NCBI RefSeq assembly: GCF_009914755.1
Contig: NC_060932.1
Strand: one strand, 5' to 3'
DNA from: the human T2T-CHM13v2.0 reference genome, Homo sapiens
Length of the DNA: 64,000 nt
Below, one piece after another: positions 39,048 to 50,145 of this stretch (position 1 is its first letter; every line of letters starts with the position of its first letter). The notes below the pieces were generated by a model, which did no database searches, was not told the DNA's origin, and was given only the letters and a program-made list of their open reading frames with translations. The translations under genes and the position numbers were made by a program.

Positions 39048-40080
39048 ATGATGATGATGATGGTGATGATCATGATAGTGATGGTGATCGTGATGGTGAT
39101 GATGGTAATGATGAAGGTAATGGTGGTGATGGTGGTGATGATGATGATGGTGATGGTGATGACTGTGATGGTGGTGATGATGGTGGCGGTGATGATAATG
39201 GTGATGGTGATGGTGGTGATAATGGTGATGATGTGATGGTGGTGGTGATGATGATAATTATGGTGATGGAGGTGATAATGATGGTAATGATGATGGTAAT
39301 GGTGATGATGATGGTGATGATAATAGTGATGATGATGATGGTGATGGTGATGATGGTAATGGTGGTGATGGTGATGATGATGGTGATGGTGATGATGGTG
39401 ATGGTGATGATGATGGTGGCGGTGATGGTAATGGTGATGGTGATGGTGGTGATAATGATGGTAATGATGATGGTAATGGTGATGATGATGGTGATGATAA
39501 TAGTGATGATGATGATGGTGATGGTGATGATGGTAATGGTGATGATGGTGATGGTGATGGTGATGATGGTGATGGTGATGATGATGGTAATGGTGATGAT
39601 GGTGATGATGATGGTGATGGTGATGATGATGTTGATGGTGATGATGGTAATGGCGATGATGGTGATGGTGATGATGGTAATGGTGATGATGGTGATAGTG
39701 ATGGTGATGATGGTGATGGTGATGGTGATGATGATGGTAATGGTGATGATGATGGTGATGATAATAGTGATGATGATGATGGTGATGGTGATGATGGTAA
39801 TGATGGTGATAGTGATGATGATGGTGATAGTGATGACGGTAATGGTGATGATGGTGATGATGGTAATGGTGATGATGGTGATGGTGATGGTGATGATGAT
39901 GGTGATGGTGATGATGGTAATGGTAATGGTGATGATGATGGTGATGGTGATGATGGTGATGGTGATGATGGTAATGGTGATGATGGTGATGGTGATGGTG
40001 ATGATGGTGATAATAGTGATGATGATGGTGATGGTGATGATGGTGATTGTGATGATGATGGTTGTGATGGTGGTGGTGAT
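39048..40080. repeat. Compound trinucleotide array (GAT/GGT/AAT)n, ~1.03 kb
   Basis: Directly visible; period 3 with a phase slip at ~39232. Confidence 0.98.
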
Positions 40081-40166
40081 TCTATCACTCCTTAAGTGCC
40101 CTTGGACCACTCTTTTTTGGTGCCAGGCACATTGCTTATCACTTAGCATACATTATTTAATTGGCA
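40081..40166 (-). repeat. Duplicated MIR 3'-end spacer (copy of 40416-40500)
   Basis: 'tctatcacWccttaagtgcccttgga...tggtgccaggcacattgcttatcacYtagcatac' occurs at 40081 and 40416. Confidence 0.93.
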
Positions 40167-40415
40167 GATGATGGTGATGGTGATGGTGATGATGATCATA
40201 GTGATTATGATGATGGTGATGATGATGGTCATGGTGATGATGGTGATGATGATGGTAATGGTGGTGATGATGGTGATGGTGGTGGTGATGGGGATGATGA
40301 TGGAAATGATGGTGATGATGATGATGACAGTGATGATGGTGATGATGATAATAGTAATGATGATGATGGTGATGGTGATCGTGATGATGATGCTGGTGGT
40401 GATGGTGGTGGTGAT
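40167..40415. repeat. Second (GAT/GGT)n array, ~250 bp
   Basis: Directly visible. Confidence 0.98.
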
Positions 40416-40439
40416 TCTATCACACCTTAAGTGCCCTTG

Positions 40440-40650
40440 GAGTACTCTTTGTTGGTGCCAGGCACATTGCTTATCACCTAGCATACGTTAATTAATTTAA
40501 TCTTTACAGCAATCCTAAGATATACATGCTATCATTATCCCATTTTATAGATGACAGAAAGGGAGGTTGCTTAGCTTCTTGCTGGGTCCACAGTCCAGCA
40601 AATTGAAAGCCAGAATTCAAATCCAGGACAGCTGGCTCCTCAGTGTGCAA
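40440..40650 (-). mobile_element. MIR SINE
   Basis: 'gtgccaggcac...atttaatctttacagcaatcct...attatcccattttatagatga...gccagaattcaaatccagg'. Confidence 0.85.
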
Positions 40651-41381
40651 CCTCCACGCCCATGGAGTAGGTCACTTTGTTCTCATGACTTTTCTGCCCA
40701 TTTCCCAGCTAGGGAGACTGATGTGCAGTGTCCTGTTCAAGGTCATGTGAATAGGGGCTGAAAACACATTTCCATTTCTGCACCTTCTTCCAAGACCCCA
40801 CCTGGTGTCATTCTCCCCATTTTGGAAGCTTTAAAACCCCAAGTCCCTTCAGGGACAGGGAAGACTTCCACCTGGCTGCCCGAGCCAGCCCCTGCCAAGG
40901 CCTCATCCCAGGGCCTGAAAAACCACCCGGGCTGGGAGGTTCTTTGTCCTGGCCCATCTGGTTGCAAACAACAGCACCTGCTCCAGCCTGTTGGAGTGAA
41001 GGAGCATGGTGGGGCGATGCCAGAGGATGCTGAGGACACCAGACATAGGAAGGCTCATGTCCTTGTCTGCCCAAGGCCATCTTGGTTCTGCCTAAATGAC
41101 AGCTGTGAGAGCTCCAGAGCCAGGTTGCTTGGCTCTGGGTTTCAACAGCCCAAGTCCCCCTCTTTGGGAGGAAACTCCCCTGTCTCACCTCGGGTCAGGG
41201 GCTTACCCCCGGCCTAGCTTGGTGGCTGGGAGATGAGGAGAAAGGGTGGGGCTCCTAGGAGTGGCAGGGCTGAGGGCACCCATGGGTCAGGGATGCCTTG
41301 GGAGGAGTCCCGGTTCAGGCTCTGCACTCCCAGCTTCTCAGCAGCACCATGGGGAGGGGAGGGCTTGGGGCAGGAATCGGG

Positions 41382-42083
41382 CAGGGCTGGGCTGGGTTGA
41401 GATCCAAACACTCGATAACCAAGACAAATGCTATTTTAACACCACACTTAAAAAATCCAAATTAACGCAAACACATTCAGAAGAAGCAAAATAACAAAAT
41501 TTAAGATCAAGATAGCCTCCGTCAAGGCTGGGGGTAGCATAAGGCAGCTGAGGTGAGTTGTGTAAGCACAGGGTGGAGTCCTGTCTTCGCTGGAAATGTG
41601 GTTATTGAAATGTGTTATACTCTCGAATATCTCTGAGGGAGAAGATTTTAAGTGTTCTCACAAAACATAGTAGCCCTCCAGGGAATGCATGTGTTCCTGG
41701 GCCCCAGCTAGCCATTCCATGGTGCACTCATATTTCAAAGCATCATGCTGTATACCATAAACACATACACTTTTTAGTTGTCCATTAAAATTCATGAAAA
41801 AATCCAAAAAAAAGTTGATATTCAGGTCCTGATGCATTGGAAACACTGCATGAAATTGTCACTCCTATTGGTCGCTGAGGGTTCTGCGTTTACCTCACCA
41901 GAGTCTCGGCCCTGCGGGATCCTATCCTTATAACAATTTGATATTTTGTTCACCTTGGAGTTTAAAAAAATAATTTTGTTTCCAAAAATGCATTGGAATA
42001 GTATTCGTCTGGATCACTGAGTTTTCTGGCACCTCCTTTGTAGGCAGACACCTGTCTCACTCACCTCACTGTTCCCAGCCCCG
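41382..42083. mobile_element. hAT-type non-autonomous DNA transposon (MER96B-like) with long inverted arms
   Basis: Termini 'cagggctggg' and 'cccagccccg'; arms 'gcaaaataacaaaattt' and 'aatttgatattttgttc'; 'gatcactgagttttctggcacc...tcactcacctcac'. Confidence 0.7.
41590..41814 (+). mobile_element. L1MA-type 3' end inserted into the MITE
   Basis: 'agattttaagtgttctcac...agccattcca...tatttcaaagcatcatgctgtataccataaa' followed by an A-rich tail. Confidence 0.85.
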
Positions 42084-44222
42084 AGGGGAAAGCTCTGTGG
42101 GCACCTCTCACACCTCAGCTACTGGGCCTGAGGAAGGTGAAGGTCTTGGCATGGCCTCTAGCAAGGCTGGAACCCAGGCCTGGCTCTCATCTGCCTGGCT
42201 CACCTCACAGCCCTTCACTGCCAGCCTTTCCTTGCTTTCCTGACCTCCTCCTGTTTCCAGAACCATCTGGCAGCCCAGAGCCCCATCTCATTACCCTTTT
42301 TCTATCTGCCAGTGAGCACCAGCAGAGCTGGGCTTGTCCTCTGGCCTTGGCATTACCATCTGTATAAGGGGGTTCGTCCTGACCACCTTGCCTAGCCCTC
42401 TGGTTACTAGGAGGCTCAAAGGAGGTGGCAGGCATTTTAGAAACTTCAGGAGCTTCCAGCTGCAAGGCGAGCTCCTCATGACAAGAGGCACATGTCTCCT
42501 TCAATAAACATTCATTCAAAGGGATGCACGTGCCGGGGAGAGAAAGAGAGAAAGATCATTGGACTCTTGAGCACTCCATCCTCATCATGACCTCTGACCC
42601 CAGAGGCCTTTTAAAAGCTGCAGCTGCCTCTGGGCACAAGGCCCCAGTTCCCAGTCCCGTCTCTGGCTCCCACATCACATGCGGCACGTGCAGGAGGCTG
42701 CTGGGCTAGACCCCCAAGCTCAGGGCAGTGCCTGGCGCACACTGAGTGGGCGCTGCACATGTGGTGGCTGTGGCTGTCATCAGTAAGCCGTGGCTGCTGA
42801 CGGCTCCTGCCATCTTCCCTTTCCTTCAGGTCCCCTGGGTTCCTGCCCTGTGTGGAGAGCCCCCATGCTCCGGCCGGGGATGCACCTGTCATGCCTGCAC
42901 CTGTGGAAGGCCTCTCCCCTCCTCAGCTCTCCCTCCCCTGCACCTCCTCCTCCAATTTATTCATCTCTGTAACAGGCCTTCCCGCAAGCTGACTAGTGTG
43001 ATAGATACGCTTGAATGGTTCTAATCCTTGTCAAGAGATTTGGAGTTGAATTAAACAGAGCAGATGAATTAACTACAGCCAGGGCAGGGGCTTTATCTGC
43101 ATTTCAGAAACGGGGAACTGAGGGTTGCAGCGAGGGGCAGTGGAGGGGTCCAGAGCCTGGGGTCCTGACCCCAGTCTAGGTTACGTGCAAAGTCCCCTTC
43201 CAGCACCTGTCACTTTCCTTGGAGATGAGGTGCAGACGGGAAGGAGTTAACAGCCATGCTGCCTTCCTCAAAGCAATTAATTAAGGAATTGGAGAGGTAG
43301 GGTCTGGACAATTATGCCCTAGACAAAGGAGATGGAGGAGGCGGGGGCAATCACTTCAGGGAGCCTTGCGCTGGGAGATTAATAAGCGTTTGGCATTTGG
43401 ACAGCACGCCGAGGCTCTGAGCAGCACTTCTGTCGGGCCCTGCTCCATGCTGGCCCTCTGGGAAATTCCTGGGGCACAGGTCAATGTTACCTTGGTTACC
43501 CAGGCCACCATCATGACCAGCGCATAGGCGGCATCAGGATGACCAGGCTCTGGGGACGCCTGGCTCGGCTAAGAGTGTTGACGGCTTCTATGTGAGGGCC
43601 GGGGCAGGGGTGAGCGGGGGCAGGGCTGAGAGAGCTGGGGCTTGCAGGCTCCAGACCAGACCCCAGCCCCATCCCAAGGCCACCCCATTATTTAGAGAAA
43701 GAGGAAGGCTTGACGTCCATCGGGCCTGGGCTCTGCCACTTACAGGGCAAACGGGGCTCTGCTTCCTCCTCCGCTGAGGGGGGATAACACCGGGTCCCCT
43801 GGACGGTGTGCAGTCAGAGAGTGGATGTGGGATAAGCCATCAGCCTGACCCTGGTGTTGAGAGAGACTTGCTCATGTTCTTTTCCTTCCCTCTTTTCCTC
43901 TGCAGCTTCCCCGCCACTGCCACCCGCTCCGAGGCATGCCCTCCACCACGGCCCGGCCGCAAGGCACCTCCACTGCCAGCCGCTTCCCACACGTGGGCCT
44001 CCAGCAGCTCCTGAGGCTCATCCCATCACATTCCACCCCACCGCAGGGCCCTTCTCCACCTCTCCCACCTCCGCCTTTTGGTTCCAGCCTCCTCCTCCTG
44101 GGAAACTCTAGAGGACTCTCTTCTTCCTCATCCTCATCCATCATCTAAAACATTCCTTTCCAAGTTCAGGAAATTCTTAATGAGAAATTGGCCCAGATTT
44201 GGGAAGGGTAGGTCAGGGGAGT

Positions 44223-44560
44223 TTCACTCATTCATTCATTCATTCAGTCAGTCGCTCATTCATTCATTCACGCATTCATCAAAGAGTTCTGAGTGTCCTG
44301 TGGCCAGACTTGTTCCTCGTATTCACTGTCCCCTGGGGATGTCACGGCAGAGGAGCCCAGCTGTGCACTCACTCCTGCTTCATGGAACTTACATTTAAGG
44401 CGGGGTCCAAACAACATAGGTGGCAAAAGGCTCTCTTTATTGAGTTTTGGGTGAGGGCCAGTGCTGCCTGGGAGGACCAAGCCAGGAGGACTAAGCATGG
44501 TGGCAGCGGGCAGGGAAGGCTGCTGGTACAGAGCCGCGCTCCTTGGGAGAGGTGAGGAAG
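44223..44560 (-). mobile_element. LINE-2 3' end with (TTCA)n tail
   Basis: 'ttcattcattcattc...tcctgcttcatggaacttacattta'. Confidence 0.8.
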
Positions 44561-45519
44561 GGGCAGGGGTGGTGTTGGTATGAGGCTGAGGCTGCCACAG
44601 GGTGGACAGGAGAGAAGGCCAGAGTTGGGGGTGGCCCCTGAGTAATTCTGGGCTTCGCAGGCCATGGAAGGTGTTTGGATATACTCCTCAGTGCCACAGA
44701 CGCTCCCAGGGACCAGGTCTCTGCCAGATAGGGCAGAGGGTCGCCCCCGGCGGGGATGATGGGCAGCCCAGCTGGTCCACGGAACAGAGAACGCGGCGCC
44801 GAGACCCCCTCGGGGTGTGAGAGCATCACAGTGATCCAAAGCAGGAGCAGTCCCCACCCGGCGGTGGTCAGCTTGGAGTGGTCAGACGGTGCCCGAGTTG
44901 TCCTCTGTCCTCTGTCCTCGCTGCAGACCCTCGCGGCCCCGGCCCCTGGGCTGCCGCAGAGCGCACCGGGCAGAGCGCACGGGGCGTGATGAAGCTGAGC
45001 TTCGAGGGGTGCTCAGCTGCCAGGGTCTGTGTGCCGATTGTGCCTTAGTGCTTGGCTCAGGCCTGAATCCAGGGTGACCATAGAGCCCCAGTCAATACTC
45101 ATCAGAGACAGTGACTCCAACGAGATGAAATATAAACTTCCCAGAAACTGCGGGATACGTGGGGCCACCGTCCTGAGAGGGCTGTTGCTGGCTGGGAAAC
45201 ATTAAAACTTTCAGAGAGAGGGGAGCCTCGGACCTGCTCATCCCCCAAGCTCATCCCCACGCTCCGGTCATCACCCGGACTGCCCACCTCTGTCCCCAAA
45301 CACAGCAGGTGGCCTGGGCTGGGTTCTGCCTGCAGGCTTCCTCTCCCTGAGCTTCCTTCCCTCTTGGGCTGCTGGAGGGCAGGTGGTCACAGCCTCTGTG
45401 ACGAGTCTCGGTCCCATCCACGCCCCTTCCTCCTGGGCAGCTCCCGGCTTCCCTTCCACGGAGCTGTGGCGTTTTCCAGTCAATCATCTGTGGGTCCAAG
45501 GGACAACTGCTGTTTGCAG

Positions 45520-45680
45520 GTCTGGCCTTGGGATTTGAAGACCTAGTTGGAGCCCCCTCAGCCCCACACTGGTGAGGAGAGCAAGTGCTCGGCCCTGATC
45601 TGGTCTCCCTGGCTTCAAAACAGGAATGATAGCAGTGACCTTGCAGGACTGTAGGAGACTGGAAAGGAAGCCCTGCTGTA
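45520..45680 (+). mobile_element. MIR (degenerate)
   Basis: 'ggccttgggatttgaagacctag...caaaacaggaatgatagcagtgaccttgcaggactgt'. Confidence 0.5.
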
Positions 45681-46597
45681 GCCCTTGAAGAGAAAATTCC
45701 CATGCCAGGAGAGCGCCCTCCAGAACCTCCAGGGGCTCTACAAACAAAGCCTGGTCCCTCAGCAGCACCTAGGCCAGGGTGGGAAGGGCCCCATGGTCCA
45801 CGACGCCCAGGACTGCCCTCCCCAGGTTTCTAGCAGCACCATGGCCGCTGGGTTCCCACCTAGGGGAGGGAAAAGGCCAACAGCGGAAGACAGTGAAGAT
45901 TAGTCATGCATTTGCCAAGTGCTGTTTTTGGAGAGGTCCCAGCCTTCGAGGCCCCTGCGGGCGTTTCAGGAGCATCCTCGCTGGTTTCCCACAGCTGCCC
46001 CCCGACAACCCAGCACACACACGCGGGGGTGGCGGGAAGGTGCGAAATTGCCATTTCCTTCACCACTCCTATCTCTGTGCAGCAGACACGCGGGGAGGCT
46101 TTTAAATTCTAAATGGAAAGCCTCAAACTGCCGGGCTTCTACAGGCAAACGCCTTTAATTCTTCATTCCCTCCCGCTTCCTGGCTGAGCTTTCTCTTTAA
46201 TTAAGAGAAAATTGTGACATCAACTCAAGGGCATCACCTTCCCCGATGTGGTAAAGGCAGGGATTTAATCCCAGGCCAGCCGCACATACCCCCAGCAAAT
46301 CTGCTTTCAGATTTGTGCCGCTGCAGATAAGGAGAATTTCATGCAGGCAGATTGGGGAGGGGCCACGGCCTTCCGGAGCCAAATGGCAGGCGGAAGACAG
46401 CAGCCAGGCATGGGCTTCTGGGCGGTGAGTCCAGCCCCTTCTGAGGCTGGGCTGGGGCCAGGCAGAGGCTGCAGGCCCCTGGTTACTGTGGGGCTGGGGA
46501 GGGTGAGAGGGGAGGGGCAAGTTTGCCTTGGGAATCTGAGAGCTGGGGACAGACAGGGGACAGGGCAGCCGGGTGGCTGAGGAGTTGGACTGGGAAG

Positions 46598-46780
46598 TCC
46601 GTCCACCTGTCTGTCCACCCGTCCATTCGTCTATCTGTCCGTCCAACCATGGGCCTATCTGTTCTTCCAACACTCACTTATTCAAGGTGGGGCCAGCCTC
46701 AGGCCTGTTCTGGGCACAGGGCTCCATGCCAAGCACGACAGATACAGTCCCTCCTGTTGGTGATGTCAGTCTCCTGGGAA
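46598..46780 (-). mobile_element. LINE-2 3' end with (TCCR)n tail
   Basis: 'tccgtccacctgtctgtcc...caggcctgttctgggcacaggg...acagtccctcc'. Confidence 0.55.
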
Positions 46781-46829
46781 ACAGGCTGAACGCAATGACC
46801 ACGCGGCCCGTGTGGGTGCTTGCGGGTCT

Positions 46830-46990
46830 CTGGTGCCCCGGCTCCAGCTGCTTTGTGGTTTGGACTAGTGGCCTAACCTCTTGGTGCCTCCCTCTCCTCA
46901 TCTCTGCAATGTGGACCTAGGCGTGGGCCTGGGGTGGGGACTAAATGGTGAGGGGAGGGAAAGTACTGGGTAAACCCGTGGAGCCTTATC
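46830..46990 (+). mobile_element. MIR (degenerate)
   Basis: 'agtggcctaacctcttggtgcctccctctcctcatct...ggggactaaatg'. Confidence 0.6.
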
Positions 46991-47812
46991 ATAGTGATGA
47001 CCAACACTGTCAGGGAGCTGGGGCCACTCCCAATGCAGCTGCATGGATCTCTTCTGATGAGGCCGTGGAGCTTCATGATCCTGGGGTCCCTTGTCTCCTC
47101 TCTCCCCACCCTCCTGGGTCAGGACCGTTTCGCTCATGGATGAATTAGGATCAAAAACTAGTGAGGCCATCAAGGTTGTAATCCATGGCCCCCAACCCCC
47201 CGCAGCTCCCTGTCCAGCAGGGATAAGAGACTACCTTCTGAGGGGCGAGGCTCACACCGAGGGCTGCATGGGGGGCAGTGAGAGCAGGCTTCAGGAGAGA
47301 TCGTTTGGAGCTGGGACTCAGAGGGCAAGTGGCTGGTGCTGGGGAGGGGGAAGGCACCCCAGGCTGGCCTGCAGGTAGCAGCTGTGCTGACATGGAGGGT
47401 GGGTGTGTGAACTTCGGATCCATTGGGAGGCACCCTACAGATCCGAGCAGGCAGGAGCCAGGTGGGGAGGTCAGGAGGTTAAGAGGTCAGCATTTGTCCC
47501 GCAAGCCGCCTTTCCCGGCACGGTTCGTCCTACCACTGGGGAAGGAGGGGGCGGTGGCCAGGTTCATGGCTCCTCCCGCCCCAGAGCCGAGGTGGGCTAA
47601 GGATTGGGGACAGGCACAGCACAGGGTCTCTCCGACCCAACCCTCACGCTCTTTGGCCATTGCCATAGCCTGGACACGTTTGGCCTCTCAGAGCCTCATT
47701 CTCCTTGTCCATGAAGTGAGTGCCAGGCCAGGGGCCTGTTATCCTCGAACACTCTGTGCTTTGAAGCCCTCCCAGAATCACAGGCCTGAGCCTGGCATCA
47801 CCAGGGCCTCTG

Positions 47813-47884
47813 TCCCTCCCACCACCCATCCCTCCATCCCTCCCACCACCCATCCCTCCATCCCTTCCACTGCCCATCTCTCCA
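47813..47884. repeat. Minisatellite, 3 x 24 bp
   Basis: 'tccctcccaccacccatccctcca' twice, plus a diverged third copy. Confidence 0.9.
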
Positions 47885-48064
47885 TCTCTGTCTCTCTGTG
47901 GCAGCCAGGATTGCTGTTGAGTTTGTAGAAGGCTTTTCCCAAATCCCTCCTAACTCCAAGGTGATTTCACCTGTTGGTCCAAAATGCGGGGTCCATCTGC
48001 TTGGCAGTGTGGACCCTGTGGTGTCTCCATTTCCTCTCTGGTCCCTCCTTTACCCCCACAGCAC

Positions 48065-48533
48065 TGGTATCACTGTGTAACAAATCACCCCAAATTTTGG
48101 GAGCTGAAAGCAACAAACCTGCATATGTATCAATTCTGTGGGTCAGGAACAGGGAGCGGCTCAGCTAGGCGGTTCTGGCTTGGTCCTTGCAGTCAGGGAG
48201 TCAGTTGGGGCCGTGTCATCTGAAGGCTTGAGTGGGGCCAAGGATCTGCTGCTCCCACAGCTATAGGCAGGAGGCCTCGATTGCCCACCACGCAGGCCTC
48301 TCTGTGGAGCTGAGTGAGCTCCGCACAATATGGCAACTGGTTTTCCTTAGAGCAAGTGACCAGAGAGGGAGAGGAGACTGACAGACAGAGGAGGAAGCCA
48401 CAGTGCCTTTTATGACCCAGTCTCTTGCACGTGTATTTGCTAGGTGCAAATCTTGGTCCTGCCCACACTGGGAGGGGTTGGTACAAGGCTCTGCCTGGTG
48501 AAGGGAGGGCTGGGAGGAGGTGGGCATCACACA
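48065..48533 (-). mobile_element. MaLR solo LTR (MLT1F/G/H-like)
   Basis: 'ctgtgtaacaaatcaccccaaa...ttctgtgggtcaggaa...gtcatctgaaggcttgagtgggg...ggaagccacagtgccttttatgacc'. Confidence 0.85.
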
Positions 48534-49676
48534 CAGCCCCCTGGCCTCCCTTTCCCTATGACTTTTCCAGCCTTCTCCTCCCACCTCCCCTTTTCCTCCT
48601 GTTCCCGGCCATTGTGATGTCCCCGGGACCACTGCTTTATCTACCCCACTCTGTCAGAGGTGCCCAGCCCCTGTGACGTCTGTCTATCTGTCCTCTGCCT
48701 CTGCGGGAACTTCTCCCCATCATCTTTCCCTTCATTACACCTTCTTATCACTCTGGTTTCCCCACTTTCCTGGGAGCGTTTTGGTTTGGTCCTGGTCACA
48801 TCCGCAGACCCCACTCCCTCTCAGCCTCACTCTTCTCCCCCAGCCTGAGACCCCAGCCCCACCCAGTGAACAAGGGGAGCCAGGTTGCAGAGTACAGACA
48901 CCACCCCTCAGGGCACTGTCCTGCACACACCACCTGCAGGGGTGGCCTCTGTCCGCTGCACCCCCATGATGTCTGTGGAGGACACGTGGAGCTCGGGACT
49001 CCTTCAGGTGGCCACAGCCTCTTTGTCAGGCTATTTAAATCCTGAAGTCTCATTTTCCTGATTTAAAACCAACCTCTTCAATTGCTAATATTCAAAGGGA
49101 AAACAAAATAAGAAAGGAAAAAGAAAGTCAATTTGCACAGGAAGATGAAGTATGTCGGGGCCCACTCCCCTTTGCAGTGAAGGCTGTGAAATCTTCAGAG
49201 TTGGCCCCAAGGCAGCAATGCTTATCTGCACCAGAAAGGAACCCTCCGCTTCCTCCCCTGAGCTGGGCTCTGCAAACCCAGAGTGGGGGAGAAGACACTG
49301 CTACCCCTCGCGCCTGAGCATCCCGGGCCCCACTGTGGCCATCTGGTGCCTCCTGGAAGGCAGAGAGTCACGTGCTCCCCAAGGGTCTAAGACATGGATG
49401 GTGGAGAACGTGCCTCTGTTCGGCAGGTGCCCCACTACAGACTTGCTGATTATGGCCACAGGCTCCTGCCACGGGCTGAGCCCGAGAGCAGGGCTCAGTC
49501 TTCCCAGGCATGCCCTCTTCTCTGTGCCTTCTCCCCAAATCCTTTTCTGTGGAGAGTCCCCTCCCCCAACCGCCAAGTACTGGGGTCATTAGACTCTAGT
49601 GGTAGCTTCTGTACCCCAAGCCTTCGAGCCCCTTGGGCTCCAGAAAGCAGCATCCGGGAGCCTGCAGGATGGAGGC

Positions 49677-49862
49677 GAGGTGGCCAGGTAGAGCCCAGGA
49701 TGCCCGATAGCATGTGTATTTCAGATATGCAACTCACAAGTTTCTAGTCTAAGTAGGGTCCCAAAGATTACACGGGACACAATTATACTCAAATGATTCC
49801 TTGTTTACCTGAAATTCAAATGTAACTGAGTGTCTTCTTTTGCTTGCTAATCAGACATGCTA
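49677..49862. mobile_element. MER53-like palindromic hAT MITE
   Basis: 'gtcccaaagattacacgggacac...ttgtttacctgaaattcaaatgtaactg'; left arm 'atttcagata' mirrors right arm 'tacctgaaat'. Confidence 0.8.
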
Positions 49863-49999
49863 GATGGAGGGAAACCCTGCTGGGGAGTGGAGTCCCAGCC
49901 ACAGCCCCCACATGCTGGTCATGGCCACCCTGTGTCCTCAGCTAGCTTGGCCCCTCCGGAGGAGGGCTGTCTGTGATCTCAGGCAAAGGGTTGGGGCTC

Positions 50000-50145
50000 C
50001 AGGTCACACTGCCTGTGCTCAGACCCCAGCTGGCGGCTTGGGCAACTTAACCTGGTGAGCCTCAGTGCAGTCAGGGTGATGATGCCAGCGCCTTCGAGGG
50101 TTTCTGTGGGCCTGAAATCACAACAGTCATTCAGGTGACATGCTG
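50000..50145 (+). mobile_element. MIR (degenerate)
   Basis: 'tcacactgcctgtgctcagaccccagct...ttgggcaacttaacct...gagcctcagt'. Confidence 0.6.

Noticed and set aside
39003-40491. Long ORFs (312 aa Met/Val, 359 aa Ile/Thr, 276 aa Ser/Pro, Asp/Gly) as protein-coding genes
   Set aside because: They are direct translations of a trinucleotide array; open frames on both strands are expected, and there is no domain or splice context.
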